A DNA stretch of 63,558 bases, filler included, from Candidatus Methanoxibalbensis ujae (GCA_026134085.1; 7 parts of 7 records of this genome joined end to end with filler, not necessarily neighbours in it), one strand, 5' to 3'. Shown: positions 10,850-21,346, counted from the whole stretch's first letter. Notes: generated by a model not told the origin, from the sequence alone. Numbers and translations: made by a program.

Positions 10850-11169
10850 TTAGCATGCTCAAACAGAAAAGGGTTCAGTCCTGCACGCATGCAGCACGCC
10901 CTGAAAGTTTGCTCATGAATCCTCGGAGAACAAGCAGCAACTACTATTCTGTTCAAACGATAATTCTTTATATCATCCTCTATAATCCTCTGACCCTGAT
11001 ATGAGCACATATAGGGATAATCCTTCGCCACAACCACAAAAGGAAGTGAACGGGAAAATTCCACAACCTCCTTTATGTCTATTGTACGGGATATGTTGTT
11101 CCCGCAATGACATATGTATACGCCTATCCGCCTCTCACGCTGCTGCGTGGATGCAGGTGATGCACTCAT
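10850..11169 (-). CDS. hdrA: Heterodisulfide reductase subunit A, N-terminal fragment (3'-truncated)
   Basis: RIGVYICHCGNNI, YMCS, RIVVAACSPRIHEQTFR, GLNPFLFE; runs into the spacer. Confidence 0.92.
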
Positions 11170-11219
11170 AGGATTATGTTGATTGATTTTGTTGATTGAT
11201 TTACATTTTGTTGATTAAT

Positions 11220-12746
11220 TTACTCAACTTCCCTCACATATATCACATCCCCCTCTTTCAGTCTGCTGAGTGTTTTCGCCACTTCATCTGTGAAAGGATG
11301 AATTTTGAGCACGATGTTTGTGTTTTCAAAAGGCTCACCTGTGGGTCCGTATTCAGTGCTTTCCTCAAGGCGTATGCCCATGACGCCTCTGTTTGTCTTT
11401 GCCATGTTTGTCACACCGAGCACACCCCTCTCAACCACACCTTTAGGTGGATTTTCAGGGACGAGCAGTCCCGCCTCGCTCGGCTGTCCCTCAAACAGCA
11501 CGATCATTCCAGGAACTGTGAAAAAAACCTTCAGGCGACCTATGGGCTTTGTGACCATTCCAGTCACTTTCCTGAAATACCATACTGTCTTGGGTGCTTC
11601 CTTGCGAAACAGCTTGACAGGCAGCACTGACTCGGGGCTCACACCATATGTGGTCACGCTCCCCTTCTCTATGACATCCATTGTGAGATCGGGGTCCTGC
11701 TCAACAACCACAGCATCATCATCTTTTTTACCATCTCTCACCTGAGATATGCCCTCTCTCGCGAGGAACTCCTCCGCCTCTTTCTGCGTCTTTCCGACCA
11801 CCATCATCCATCTGGGCGTTGTCTCAACGCGTATTTTGTCACCTTTTCTGGCAAATTTAACCAGTGAATGGCCTTTTTCAATCTCACCGAGGACATTATG
11901 GAAAGGAGTTGAGAGTCTGTCCTCTTTGTATATATATACTTTTCCTCTCTCAGTCCCTGTATTTCTTACTGTTATGAGGTATCTGGTGCGATGTCCTATG
12001 TTCTCTTCGGGCAAATTCAGACCTTTAAGTCCTGAAGATGCTATGAATGTGTTTGTCACCTCATCAACATCAAATATGCCCCTTCTCGTGAGTGAGAAGA
12101 AGTGCTCACATGACATCGGAGCCTCTTTAAGCATTTTGATGTGCATCTCAGTGTATATTTCCTCGCCATCGTGAATTTCAGTGCTCATGTCAGTTGTGAC
12201 AAATCCTTTTTCCTCAACTCCCGCCTCAACAGGGCTTATCTCCACCTCATCGCCCTCTTTCAACTTCATGATTATGCTCTTTCCACGCGTGATTCTTCCT
12301 ATGACACCACCATCAGGAGCGCCGTATGCGGCTTCATGCGCCTTCTTGCATATGCACAGATATGTGATGCGTGGATCATATCCGCCCATGCCCAGGAAAA
12401 CATCCCACTTCGCATATGAATATCTTCCTCGCTCAACACGCATTTCTGTTGAAACAGGGCCTATCGCAGTGACTTCATCATTTTTCCACGAGACTCTGCC
12501 GTATTCTCCGCGAAAATCGCTGTAAACTCTTAAAAACGCAGATACAGCCTCATTGCCATCTTCAATTTTTATGCGGGCATCCCCTGCCGGCGTCTTAAGC
12601 CTGAACTCGTTGGTCACCTCCTTCCTCATCTCGGAGATTATCGCGATCGCACAACCTTCCGTGTAATCCACATTCAGCTCTTTCAGTATGTCTCCAAGCC
12701 TCCTGCTTCCCACATCTCGCTCAATGCCATTGACTTTTATTCTCAT
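11220..12746 (-). CDS. Methanogenesis marker protein 3 (cyclophilin-like, MCR-associated)
   Basis: About 508 aa with APKTVWYFRKVTG, GRLKVFF, LLVPENPP, GVTNMAK and GIRLEESTEYGPTGEPF, characteristic of marker 3. Start set at 12746 (MRIKVNG). Confidence 0.88.
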   Translation of the reverse strand: MRIKVNGIERDVGSRRLGDILKELNVDYTEGCAIAIISEMRKEVTNEFRLKTPAGDARIKIEDGNEAVSAFLRVYSDFRGEYGRVSWKNDEVTAIGPVSTEMRVERGRYSYAKWDVFLGMGGYDPRITYLCICKKAHEAAYGAPDGGVIGRITRGKSIIMKLKEGDEVEISPVEAGVEEKGFVTTDMSTEIHDGEEIYTEMHIKMLKEAPMSCEHFFSLTRRGIFDVDEVTNTFIASSGLKGLNLPEENIGHRTRYLITVRNTGTERGKVYIYKEDRLSTPFHNVLGEIEKGHSLVKFARKGDKIRVETTPRWMMVVGKTQKEAEEFLAREGISQVRDGKKDDDAVVVEQDPDLTMDVIEKGSVTTYGVSPESVLPVKLFRKEAPKTVWYFRKVTGMVTKPIGRLKVFFTVPGMIVLFEGQPSEAGLLVPENPPKGVVERGVLGVTNMAKTNRGVMGIRLEESTEYGPTGEPFENTNIVLKIHPFTDEVAKTLSRLKEGDVIYVREVE

Positions 12747-12945
12747 CTCCTTATCCTTCCCTCCATTTACATAAAAAGGAGAACGATACATCCCTGAGCG
12801 CACCTCTCGCCGCTTGTGCTTTGTGAGAGAGCAGGAGGACGATGCTCCGTGATTTCAAATTTCAAAGGTCAAAAGAAAAGAAAAGAAAGAAGGGCGATGA
12901 AGAGGCATGAGGGAGTAGCGTAGAGCACAATGGAGGAGGAGCCGT

Positions 12946-13662
12946 ATGGAAGTGCGTCTTCTCAGGGTAACTGCCGATGGAGAGTCGCTTGTCTCGGATG
13001 CTGTGCGCACATCATCAGAAATCGCCGCGATGAGCATAGAGACCATTGTTGATAATGATTACTCATCCGTACTGGAGCACATATGTTTCACATTTTCAAT
13101 AAAAGGAATTTCTGTCGCGTGCTCTCGTGAGCTCCTCGAGCATCGCATCGCATCTCACACTGCCAGGTCAACTCGTTATTGCGATGAGACTGATTTCAGG
13201 TTCTATGAGCCCTCACTCAGCGCTGATGCGCTTCGCATATACAGAGAAGCGATAGAAAGCGCAAGAAAAGCGTATGTATCACTGATTGAGCTTGGAGTCT
13301 CACGAGAAGAAGCGAGATATGTTCTTCCACTGGCAACACACACCCATTACATATGGACAGTGAATGCAAGATCACTCATAAATTTCCTGTCGCTGAGGTT
13401 GTGCATCCGGGCGTCACCTGAGATGAGAGAGCTCGCATTGCAGATTTACAAAATATGCTGCGAGAAATATCCGAGGATATTCAAACGCATATACTGCAGA
13501 GGAGTGACGCTCGGTGTATGCCCCGAGAACAACGCTCGCCCGAAGGAGTGCCCTTTCAGGGGGATCATAAAGACAAAATCGGAGATGATGAGCGGGATCC
13601 TGGAGAACCTGAAAAGCTCACAAAATGAAGGCTCAGAACAAAATGAAGGAGAGGATGGATAA
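12946..13662 (+). CDS. thyX: FAD-dependent thymidylate synthase ThyX
   Basis: SVLEHICFTF, HRIASHTARSTRY, EEARYVLP, NARSLINFLSLR, ASPEMR. Confidence 0.88.
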   Translation: MEVRLLRVTADGESLVSDAVRTSSEIAAMSIETIVDNDYSSVLEHICFTFSIKGISVACSRELLEHRIASHTARSTRYCDETDFRFYEPSLSADALRIYREAIESARKAYVSLIELGVSREEARYVLPLATHTHYIWTVNARSLINFLSLRLCIRASPEMRELALQIYKICCEKYPRIFKRIYCRGVTLGVCPENNARPKECPFRGIIKTKSEMMSGILENLKSSQNEGSEQNEGEDG

Positions 13663-13820
13663 GAGATGATGAATGGATGGATGGATGATGGATGGATGAT
13701 GAATGTGGAGGAAGGATGGATAACAGATGGTGAATGGTAGATGATGGATGATAGATGATAGATAGATGAAGGACGGATGAAGATTGGGGATGAGACTGAT
13801 GAAGATTGGAGATGATATAG
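13650..13820. repeat. Low-complexity (GATG/GAT)n intergenic tract
   Basis: Degenerate GATG repeats directly visible. Confidence 0.8.
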
Positions 13821-13842
13821 AACAAAAAAGAGAGTGGTAAAA

Positions 13843-14697
13843 ATGAACGGAAATGATACGGAAGTGAGGATTGTTGAGAGGAAAAAGTTTGTGTATGAGC
13901 GTCCGATTGCGGTGGAGGGTTTGCCGGATATAGGCCTGGTGGGCACGATAGCCACCACATTTCTGGTGGAGAAAATGAACTTCATGGAGATCGGATACAT
14001 AGAGTCCGAGCTGTTTCCGCCTGTAATGGTGGTTCATGGAGGTCATCTCAAAAATCCATTCAGAATATACGGAGGATACATTCATGAGCTCGCGGAGAGA
14101 GATCACACGACAGGCAGCGATGAGGCTTCTGATACCGGGCACACAGCCGAGGAGAAAACAGAGGAGGAGAAAATAAACATTGTTTTAATTGCATCTGAGA
14201 TCGCGGTGCCGCCTCAGGCTGTCTTTCCACTGACAAGATCGCTTGCTGCATGGCTCAAGCGGATAAACACTTCGCTCGCGATATCGCTCACAGGTCTGCC
14301 TGTGAGGAACAGAATAGAGATAGAAGTGCCCGAGGTCTTCGGTGTCGGAAATTACGATGAAGCTGTTGAGGACATAAAATCGCGGAAATTGGAGGTACTG
14401 GAGGAGGGATTCATCGCCGGCATATATGCAAGCATGCTGAGAGAGTGCCGTTCAAACGGCGTTAAGGCTATCTCGCTGCTCACACAGTGCTTCCCCGCCT
14501 ATCCGGACCCGGGCGCAGCAGCTTCTGCGTTGAAAGCTCTTGACAGATTCATACACACGAGCATTGATACATCTGAACTGCTCAAGCGTGCTGAGGAGAT
14601 AAAACTGAGAGCCCGTGATCTTATGAAACAGGCAAGCATAGCCGCATCTCAAATGCAGAGAGGCGCAGAACAGGACCTCCCCATCATGTATCGCTGA
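13843..14697 (+). CDS. PAC2 family proteasome assembly chaperone-like protein
   Basis: VEGLPDIGLVGTIA, FPPVMVV, PFRIY, YPDPGAA, C-terminal MYR. Confidence 0.88.
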   Translation: MNGNDTEVRIVERKKFVYERPIAVEGLPDIGLVGTIATTFLVEKMNFMEIGYIESELFPPVMVVHGGHLKNPFRIYGGYIHELAERDHTTGSDEASDTGHTAEEKTEEEKINIVLIASEIAVPPQAVFPLTRSLAAWLKRINTSLAISLTGLPVRNRIEIEVPEVFGVGNYDEAVEDIKSRKLEVLEEGFIAGIYASMLRECRSNGVKAISLLTQCFPAYPDPGAAASALKALDRFIHTSIDTSELLKRAEEIKLRARDLMKQASIAASQMQRGAEQDLPIMYR

Positions 14698-14747
14698 TCT
14701 GTGACGCATCCGCTATGCACTCCTCATCCACACTTTCCACACAATTT

Positions 14748-14880
14748 GAGGAATGGATGAATCGTTTTGCGGATAAAAGAAGTTGCCGAGGGCAATTTGG
14801 GCGAAGCCTTTTATCCTTATACGCTCCCGACAGGGACGAGGATTGCGAAGCAACCGTCTGAACCCCGCCCTCATTTTTTT
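14748..14880 (+). ncRNA. Candidate structured small RNA (box C/D-like)
   Basis: Terminal GAGG/CCTC stem, C-like ATGGATGA, D'-like CCGA, C'-like GGGACGA, D box CTGA, internal helices, followed by a T7 tract. Confidence 0.35.
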
Positions 14881-15295
14881 ATCGCCTGTCTGATACATTC
14901 ACCAAAATAGTGCCATTAGCATAACCACTCTTTAACGGGTTTCGGTCTAACGACATTTGAGTCACGTCAGAAATAATAATTGTTGCAATAATCACAATTG
15001 CAAAAACATTATTCCTGCGTTTTGGTAATTTTTCATAATTTCATTTCTCTATTTTTTTCTTATTAAATAATAAACCCCGAACATAGAAAGCGGGATAATT
15101 ACTATCAATAGATTTTAATTAAATCATAATAATTTCCAACTATGAAAATATTGACCAAGCCACACAATGCCACTATTAACCAGACAAAACCAAAAATAAA
15201 TCTGCCGACAACATCATTTTTTAAAAATGATTTCAGCCAATTTTTCAAATGTTGTTTCCATAATCATCGCCCTGAAGCCCAAATAAGAATGTCAC

Positions 15296-18200
15296 TTATT
15301 TTCTCTTTTTGATTTTCCTTATCCCAATTACCAATAACCCTCCGGCAAGTGCTGTTATTCCTATTGGCGTCAGTGTTGGGACTCGTGCTGGTGGAGCTCC
15401 TGAACAAAATACTATCGGTGGATCTTCCACAGACATCGTGAATGTCACAGTATCGGCAGTTGTAGTAGCATCCAATTCTATCCATTGATTTGGTGGCACG
15501 GATGTCGGATCTATTTTGTAAACTGTGATCGTATTCGCATTTGGGATATCTGTAAATCTCAGTGTGAAGTTTCCTGCTCCTGTTGAGTTTATCATGTATG
15601 CGGATTGCAGAGTGATGCATTCTTCTGGTTTGTAGGTTTCGTTGATCTCCGAAAGATTCAATCTTGTTACATTGATGCTTGTGACTGTTGGGTCTAAAGA
15701 TACTAATTCAACATTTGTAAGATCCGTTTTTAGCGTTGGTTCTGGAGGCTCTGTGAGATGAATGGACAAACCAGTAATCATCGCAACATTTACAGTTGCG
15801 TCATGCACTTCACCCTCAGATATATTTCTGATATAGCTACGCTCATATATGGTTTCATTCTTATATGTGCCTCTAATTGTTAGATTGTATTCTCCAGTCC
15901 CTGTTCCAATTAATATGATCCTATAATCACCACTCTCCAAGTTAGGAACAGTTATTTTCTGTATATCATTTTTATAATAAGTTGCATTTGGTATTTGTAT
16001 TTCTATTTCTCCTGTTGTGTAGTTTATACCGACATGCCTGCCAAGAGGGTCATAGATATGGAGATCTGCATTTGAATGAAGGATGAATGTTATGTAAGAT
16101 AATCTTTTAATTTCTTCGGGAATGGGGATTCTTGTTTCTAATGAAAGTAAAGAATATGAAGTCACAAGCTCTGGAACATCTTCCCATGCCCGACTATTGG
16201 TATTTACCCAATAACCATCTGGCTTCTGGAGATCAATAAGTTTCTTACATAAGTCATCATACCAGTAATGACCATCTAATTCATAACCCGGATAGGTACA
16301 CATTAGAAGAGCCTTTGACATGCTGAGGTAATAATAATATTGCATACTGGTAGGATCTGGCATTCCTGGGTTTCCTTCCCATGTATAGTGGTTCTTAGTC
16401 CAGTTTAATGCTGCTTGTAGCCTCGGATCTGTATTATTAACACCGCACAATTTTAAACACCAGATTCCTGCACCAGTCATGCTTCCATATGATTTCACAT
16501 CGCCCGCAAGGCTACGCCCCGGATGATAGACAAAACCGCCATCATCATATTTGTTATAAGTTGGATTCCAGTGAACTGTGTAATTTAGTTCAGGAATATA
16601 GACATCTGCCTGCCTGTTCTGACATCTTGCAAGAAACACCTGGGCTTTTGCCCATACTGGATCATCTTTAGGTACACCAGCGGCATCCAAAGCCATTAAG
16701 GCAAATTGAGTGTTTGATAAATCTGGTCTGATATTACGACCATACCCAAAACCACCGTAATACCAGTTGTTTTTATCAACACTACCCCATAAGCAATTTT
16801 CATCCCATTGAGAATCAAGAAGCCATTTCATAGCATTTTCTATTATTGGCTTGTAGCTCTCATTATGCGTTGCAACCAAAGCAAGTATTGCTAAGGATGT
16901 TTCATACGTTCTATGATCGTAATCGCCGTAGATTGAACCGTCTGACTGGACGTGGTTAGTGACATATTTGATAGCTTTAGCAACAGTTTTATCGCTTTCA
17001 TTGTATCCTGCATTTAAGAATGCTAATCCTGCCAAGGATGTGATACCGACATTGTGCTGCCATGAACCATCTGTATTTTGTCTGGAACGTAGCCAACAAA
17101 GACCTTTTTCAATTACAAAACGTTGTTTTGTTACGACATTCACAGTGATGTTTGTGCTATTATGTATTTCAGAACCATCAGCACGTTCTCCATACATACT
17201 TATATTTATTTTATATTTACCAATTGTATCTGCTCGATAAATCCAATGTCTACTTGATCTTGATACGCCAACTGGAATATCTCCTAATAAGTCATATTCT
17301 TCTCCGCTTCCATCAAATTCATCAGATAACAATGTCATTCCTTCCGTTGGGCCTGTGACATTACAAAATACATTGTAACAGCTCAGTCCTTTGCATGAGA
17401 CGTTACACCAAACTTCAAAGCAATCACCTACAGCTACCATCATGTTATCATTTGTACTGGTACACAGGGTCACATTATGATGAGGAGTGATCGAAGTCGA
17501 CGGTTCTTCACTTTCTTTGATTACAATTATTGCTATGGCGTAGTCTTGGCTCTTTGGTAAGAGGCCGCCCAAATCAGCTAAATCTACAACTCTCACATGA
17601 GCTTCCCAATTGCCAGCTTCAGGATTATCTATTACATATTTTTCTACATTATTTACTGCATCATCATTTCTGTACAACTCATTGCCACTTGGATCAACTA
17701 AAAATAAATCCAAGTCATTCACAAGCTTGGGTGCTGTTTGATCCCCAGAGGGATCCGCTGGATCATCTGAATAGACTAACGTCACAATTAATTTTGCAGC
17801 ATCATTAGGTACATTGATTGTGTAATATCTCTCCCTAGGTTGGAGGGATAAAAGATTACCAACGGTATTCTCATCATAACTATCAACTGCTTCATCTGGA
17901 AGTTTGTATACTGAAGAATATGCATTTAATCGCCCCCATGCTCTATCGATTGATGGTGCATCAGTAGTACCTCCGTCAACAGCCGAAGAAATTATGAAAG
18001 CTTTAACTAAAGCTGGAGAGGCATCTGGATATTCGTGTAAGATCTGGGCGGCAACAGCTGCTACATGTGGAGTTGCCATGCTTGTGCCGTCCCAACTATC
18101 ATAGGTGTTGTCAAAAACAGCTGACGTTATATCAGATCCTGGAGCAAGAATATCTGGCTTAACTCTATTATCAGACGTACCTCTTTGGCTGTAATCCATA

Positions 18201-19642
18201 ACATATAAGTTATCTTCGTCATAACGGGTCCATCCATGTCCACAAAATCCATCTGGAGAACGATAATCAGCGCAGGCTCCAACACTTATGACGTTTTTAG
18301 CTGTTGCTGGATTGGCAACATTCAAATTTTCTCCGTCATTTGCAACTGCAAAACAGATAGTAAGTTCCTTACCAAAATCTCCTCTTACTGCCCTATCTGT
18401 GGTTTCCGCCCAAGAAGTATAATCTCCATAAGGTGATGCTCCCCAGCTACAACTTACTACGTCTGCAGAAGATGGTTCTGTATAATCACCATCGTGATCT
18501 GGGTCACTTATGTATTCCCACATCTCTACCAAGTTATCATTCACATCATAATACCAGTCAGGGGCACACCCAAGATCACCACCATCCGGCCCAAAAATTC
18601 TCATTATCAAAAGGTTGGATTTCCAAGAGGTTCCTCTTAATGCTCTATTATCATATGTGCCTTCACCAGAAACAATCCCGGCACAGTGAACGCCGTGATC
18701 ATCAAAGCAAGTATTAGGATCATCCTCGGCCTCACAAACGTTACTGCTAGAGCTACCTCCACCATCCTCATTATCAACATAATCGTAAGAGTCATATATA
18801 GTTATATCATCAAAGTGAGGATGATTATGCAATATTCCTGTGTCTATAACCCCTACTGTCACTCCAGAACCTGTGTTTCCACTCGCCCATACATAATCTG
18901 CTGAAATAAGGTTTACACTACGATCTAAACATAAATGCGGGTTATATTGTGGTGTTATCCATTTTACACAATTAAGTTTAGCAAATTCTAATACCTCTGT
19001 TTTATTTACAAAAATAGCAATGCTAGTGCAACCCGGAGGTATATTACAATTATCTGCATAGCTTTTCAGTATATCCAGTTCCTCGTTTGATAAAGCTTCA
19101 AAAAAGTTTATTATTACTTTAAATTTATCTGATGATTTTAAAGTTAGTTTGTCAAATAGAGAAGGATCAATCTTTTGTTCAGGGTTTAAAGTACCTATCC
19201 ATCTCACAAAACTTGGTGGTGTATCCAACCAAGACAAAGGTACTTTAGCATAGTATGTATTATCTGGGACATAACTCAATACCTTAACACCGCTTTCTTT
19301 AAGATAATCATAGTCATCCAATGTATATTTCCCACGATAAAATTGTATTAGACAGTAAACATGATCAGTATCTGTTATTTTAGATTCTAACATATCTACT
19401 TGAATCCCAGGAGAAGGTGTAAACCATCCGCTACCTAATTTCACAGTGTACGAAACAGGCGTTGTTGTTTCTAATCCTCGTAATTCTGCTTCAGTAACAG
19501 GTATCCCTTCAATCTTATCTTTTAGATTAGAATGTGCATTTGTAGTTCCATCATCATCTGCTTCTACCTGAACTGGCCATGCTATTATCGAAATTAAAAG
19601 AATTGTTACTAATGGGACATATAGATATTTCCCTAACTTCAT
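15296..19642 (-). CDS. Secreted S8 (subtilase) serine protease fused to a prenyltransferase/squalene-cyclase-like barrel, with IPTL-CTERM-like anchor
   Basis: Signal peptide. Catalytic triad motifs VIDTGI, HGVHCAG, GTSMATPHV. QxxDGxW repeats (QNTDGSW, QKPDGYW) and DLSNTQFALMAL. C-terminal VPTLTP + TM + basic tail. Confidence 0.88.
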   Translation of the reverse strand: MKLGKYLYVPLVTILLISIIAWPVQVEADDDGTTNAHSNLKDKIEGIPVTEAELRGLETTTPVSYTVKLGSGWFTPSPGIQVDMLESKITDTDHVYCLIQFYRGKYTLDDYDYLKESGVKVLSYVPDNTYYAKVPLSWLDTPPSFVRWIGTLNPEQKIDPSLFDKLTLKSSDKFKVIINFFEALSNEELDILKSYADNCNIPPGCTSIAIFVNKTEVLEFAKLNCVKWITPQYNPHLCLDRSVNLISADYVWASGNTGSGVTVGVIDTGILHNHPHFDDITIYDSYDYVDNEDGGGSSSSNVCEAEDDPNTCFDDHGVHCAGIVSGEGTYDNRALRGTSWKSNLLIMRIFGPDGGDLGCAPDWYYDVNDNLVEMWEYISDPDHDGDYTEPSSADVVSCSWGASPYGDYTSWAETTDRAVRGDFGKELTICFAVANDGENLNVANPATAKNVISVGACADYRSPDGFCGHGWTRYDEDNLYVMDYSQRGTSDNRVKPDILAPGSDITSAVFDNTYDSWDGTSMATPHVAAVAAQILHEYPDASPALVKAFIISSAVDGGTTDAPSIDRAWGRLNAYSSVYKLPDEAVDSYDENTVGNLLSLQPRERYYTINVPNDAAKLIVTLVYSDDPADPSGDQTAPKLVNDLDLFLVDPSGNELYRNDDAVNNVEKYVIDNPEAGNWEAHVRVVDLADLGGLLPKSQDYAIAIIVIKESEEPSTSITPHHNVTLCTSTNDNMMVAVGDCFEVWCNVSCKGLSCYNVFCNVTGPTEGMTLLSDEFDGSGEEYDLLGDIPVGVSRSSRHWIYRADTIGKYKINISMYGERADGSEIHNSTNITVNVVTKQRFVIEKGLCWLRSRQNTDGSWQHNVGITSLAGLAFLNAGYNESDKTVAKAIKYVTNHVQSDGSIYGDYDHRTYETSLAILALVATHNESYKPIIENAMKWLLDSQWDENCLWGSVDKNNWYYGGFGYGRNIRPDLSNTQFALMALDAAGVPKDDPVWAKAQVFLARCQNRQADVYIPELNYTVHWNPTYNKYDDGGFVYHPGRSLAGDVKSYGSMTGAGIWCLKLCGVNNTDPRLQAALNWTKNHYTWEGNPGMPDPTSMQYYYYLSMSKALLMCTYPGYELDGHYWYDDLCKKLIDLQKPDGYWVNTNSRAWEDVPELVTSYSLLSLETRIPIPEEIKRLSYITFILHSNADLHIYDPLGRHVGINYTTGEIEIQIPNATYYKNDIQKITVPNLESGDYRIILIGTGTGEYNLTIRGTYKNETIYERSYIRNISEGEVHDATVNVAMITGLSIHLTEPPEPTLKTDLTNVELVSLDPTVTSINVTRLNLSEINETYKPEECITLQSAYMINSTGAGNFTLRFTDIPNANTITVYKIDPTSVPPNQWIELDATTTADTVTFTMSVEDPPIVFCSGAPPARVPTLTPIGITALAGGLLVIGIRKIKKRK

Positions 19643-20649
19643 GGCGATCCCCCTTGTTTGGGTAGTTTAGGCGGAATAAACCCTTTACTTAAATCCCATT
19701 CTATTTTTTCACCATGGCTCAAGCTTATTCCGAGTTCCATTAATTCATTCTTAACTATTTCACATGCTGTATCTACTTCTATATTTTCATGTGGTACAAA
19801 CATTGCTATTAATTCATAGTTAGCAGGATTGTCATGATTTGCAGGACCTATTGTAAACCAATACTCTCCTTCGCGTCTTGTAATAGAAATGTACCCCTCT
19901 TTATATGCGTATAGTTTTTTAGATTCAGAACCATTATGGTATGTATAAGGACCGCCCACAGATCCGTACCTGATCCAATGATTCGTTTCTTTGGCCCTTT
20001 CAATAACTTTTGAAACATCATACTCTTCGACTTTGAAAGGTTCACTAGAATAATATTTTCCAGCACTCATGACTTCTCCCAATGGAGGTTCTTCAACAAT
20101 TGCCGCTCCGGATTCTTTCCATTCTACAACAATATTAGCTTCATTTAATTCTTGTGTTTGCTCTATTATTTCACCTCCTGCCTTCACTCCCCACTCATCA
20201 CTTCCCTCAACCAACAACATCGCCTTACTCTCATCCCAAGGACTTGGCAAAATCTCCAAAACCCCCTTACCTTCGCCAGGATATTCTTCTGTTACTCTCG
20301 TTGCATTCGTCAATGCATACACCTCCTCAAGGAAGGGGTTTGTCTTTGGCGTGCCGATGATGACAAGGTCATAACCTTTTTTAAAATTTTCTATATTTTG
20401 CGAATCCGTAATCTTTATATCTGTTGAACCATTCTCAACGAGAAAGTTCTTTATCTCCTCTGCTGCCTGTCTTTCTATTTCAGAAGCGTTATCTCCGAGC
20501 ACAATCGCCGTTTTTTCTTTGAATTTCTCTGGGAAATCAGAGAGCTTTAGTTCTTGTGCAGGTTGCTTGGGTATTTTCTGCCATAAAAGAATCCCACCTA
20601 TCAGACAGATTAAAACCACAACCCCTCCGATGATTATTTTTCCGTTCAT
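19639..20649 (-). CDS. Membrane-anchored protein with S-layer-type domain
   Basis: N-terminal TM. LVIIGTPKTNP..YPGEGKGVLEI..LLVEGSDEWGVKA resembles the archaeal S-layer outer domain. Overlaps the protease start by 4 nt. Confidence 0.65.
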   Translation of the reverse strand: MNGKIIIGGVVVLICLIGGILLWQKIPKQPAQELKLSDFPEKFKEKTAIVLGDNASEIERQAAEEIKNFLVENGSTDIKITDSQNIENFKKGYDLVIIGTPKTNPFLEEVYALTNATRVTEEYPGEGKGVLEILPSPWDESKAMLLVEGSDEWGVKAGGEIIEQTQELNEANIVVEWKESGAAIVEEPPLGEVMSAGKYYSSEPFKVEEYDVSKVIERAKETNHWIRYGSVGGPYTYHNGSESKKLYAYKEGYISITRREGEYWFTIGPANHDNPANYELIAMFVPHENIEVDTACEIVKNELMELGISLSHGEKIEWDLSKGFIPPKLPKQGGSP

Positions 20650-20764
20650 TATAATTTATTACCTCTTTTTTATCTTAAAATTATAAAGTGACCTTTAAGG
20701 CTTCGGGCTTGCGTATGAGGACAGGAGAAATCCTTCCAACGGATAAGGAAGAAAGCAGAAAAGA

Positions 20765-21034
20765 ATGAGGTGGCAATGTCATAATATGATGCTGGAATCT
20801 CTTCTGAGAAAGCACAAGGAAAATTTCCGCCGCAAAGTGGTTGCGTCACTCGCATCAAAATATGAGATGAGTGAGGAAGATATCATTCGGAAGTATGAGG
20901 ATGCCATAGAGCATTTTGTCCGCGGAAAATACGAAGCGATAGAGGACACTGTGCGGAGATTGATCAGGATATCAGAGGAGCGTCCTCTCCTCCTCAACAT
21001 AAGAAGAGACCCCTGCAGCGATGATGTGTGCATG
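20765..21034 (+). CDS. Hypothetical protein (3'-truncated)
   Basis: Open frame running into the spacer; start uncertain. Confidence 0.4.
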
Positions 21035-21134
21035 NNNNNNNNNNNNNNNNNNNNNNNNNNNNNNNNNNNNNNNNNNNNTTAATTAATTAANNNNNNNNNN
21101 NNNNNNNNNNNNNNNNNNNNNNNNNNNNNNNNNN
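21035..21134. other. Artificial contig spacer
   Basis: N-run + TTAATTAATTAA. Confidence 0.99.
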
Positions 21135-21187
21135 CTACGCGAGGGCTGGCTGCCTGCAGTAAGCGGCGAAACCGCGGGGCGGCAAAC
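21135..21187 (+). repeat. Left terminal inverted repeat (53 bp)
   Basis: CTACGCGAGGGC...GGCGGCAAAC is the exact reverse complement of 30944-30996. Confidence 0.97.
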
Positions 21188-21346
21188 TTGCGCCTATATA
21201 TATATATATAAGAGCGGCGCCGGCAGCCGTCGGCGGCGGGAAAAGTGCCTTTTTGTTGCTTTTTGAGGGTTTTTCTATGAAAAATAGGGCGCTTGCGCCC
21301 GATTTTGAGGGTAATAAGGGGTACGGGGGGGTAGTCGTCGGCTAGG

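Noticed and set aside
13446..14142. Minus-strand ORFs rich in Ile/His/Pro/Ser
   Set aside because: Translations of the (GATG)n tract and antisense to real genes.
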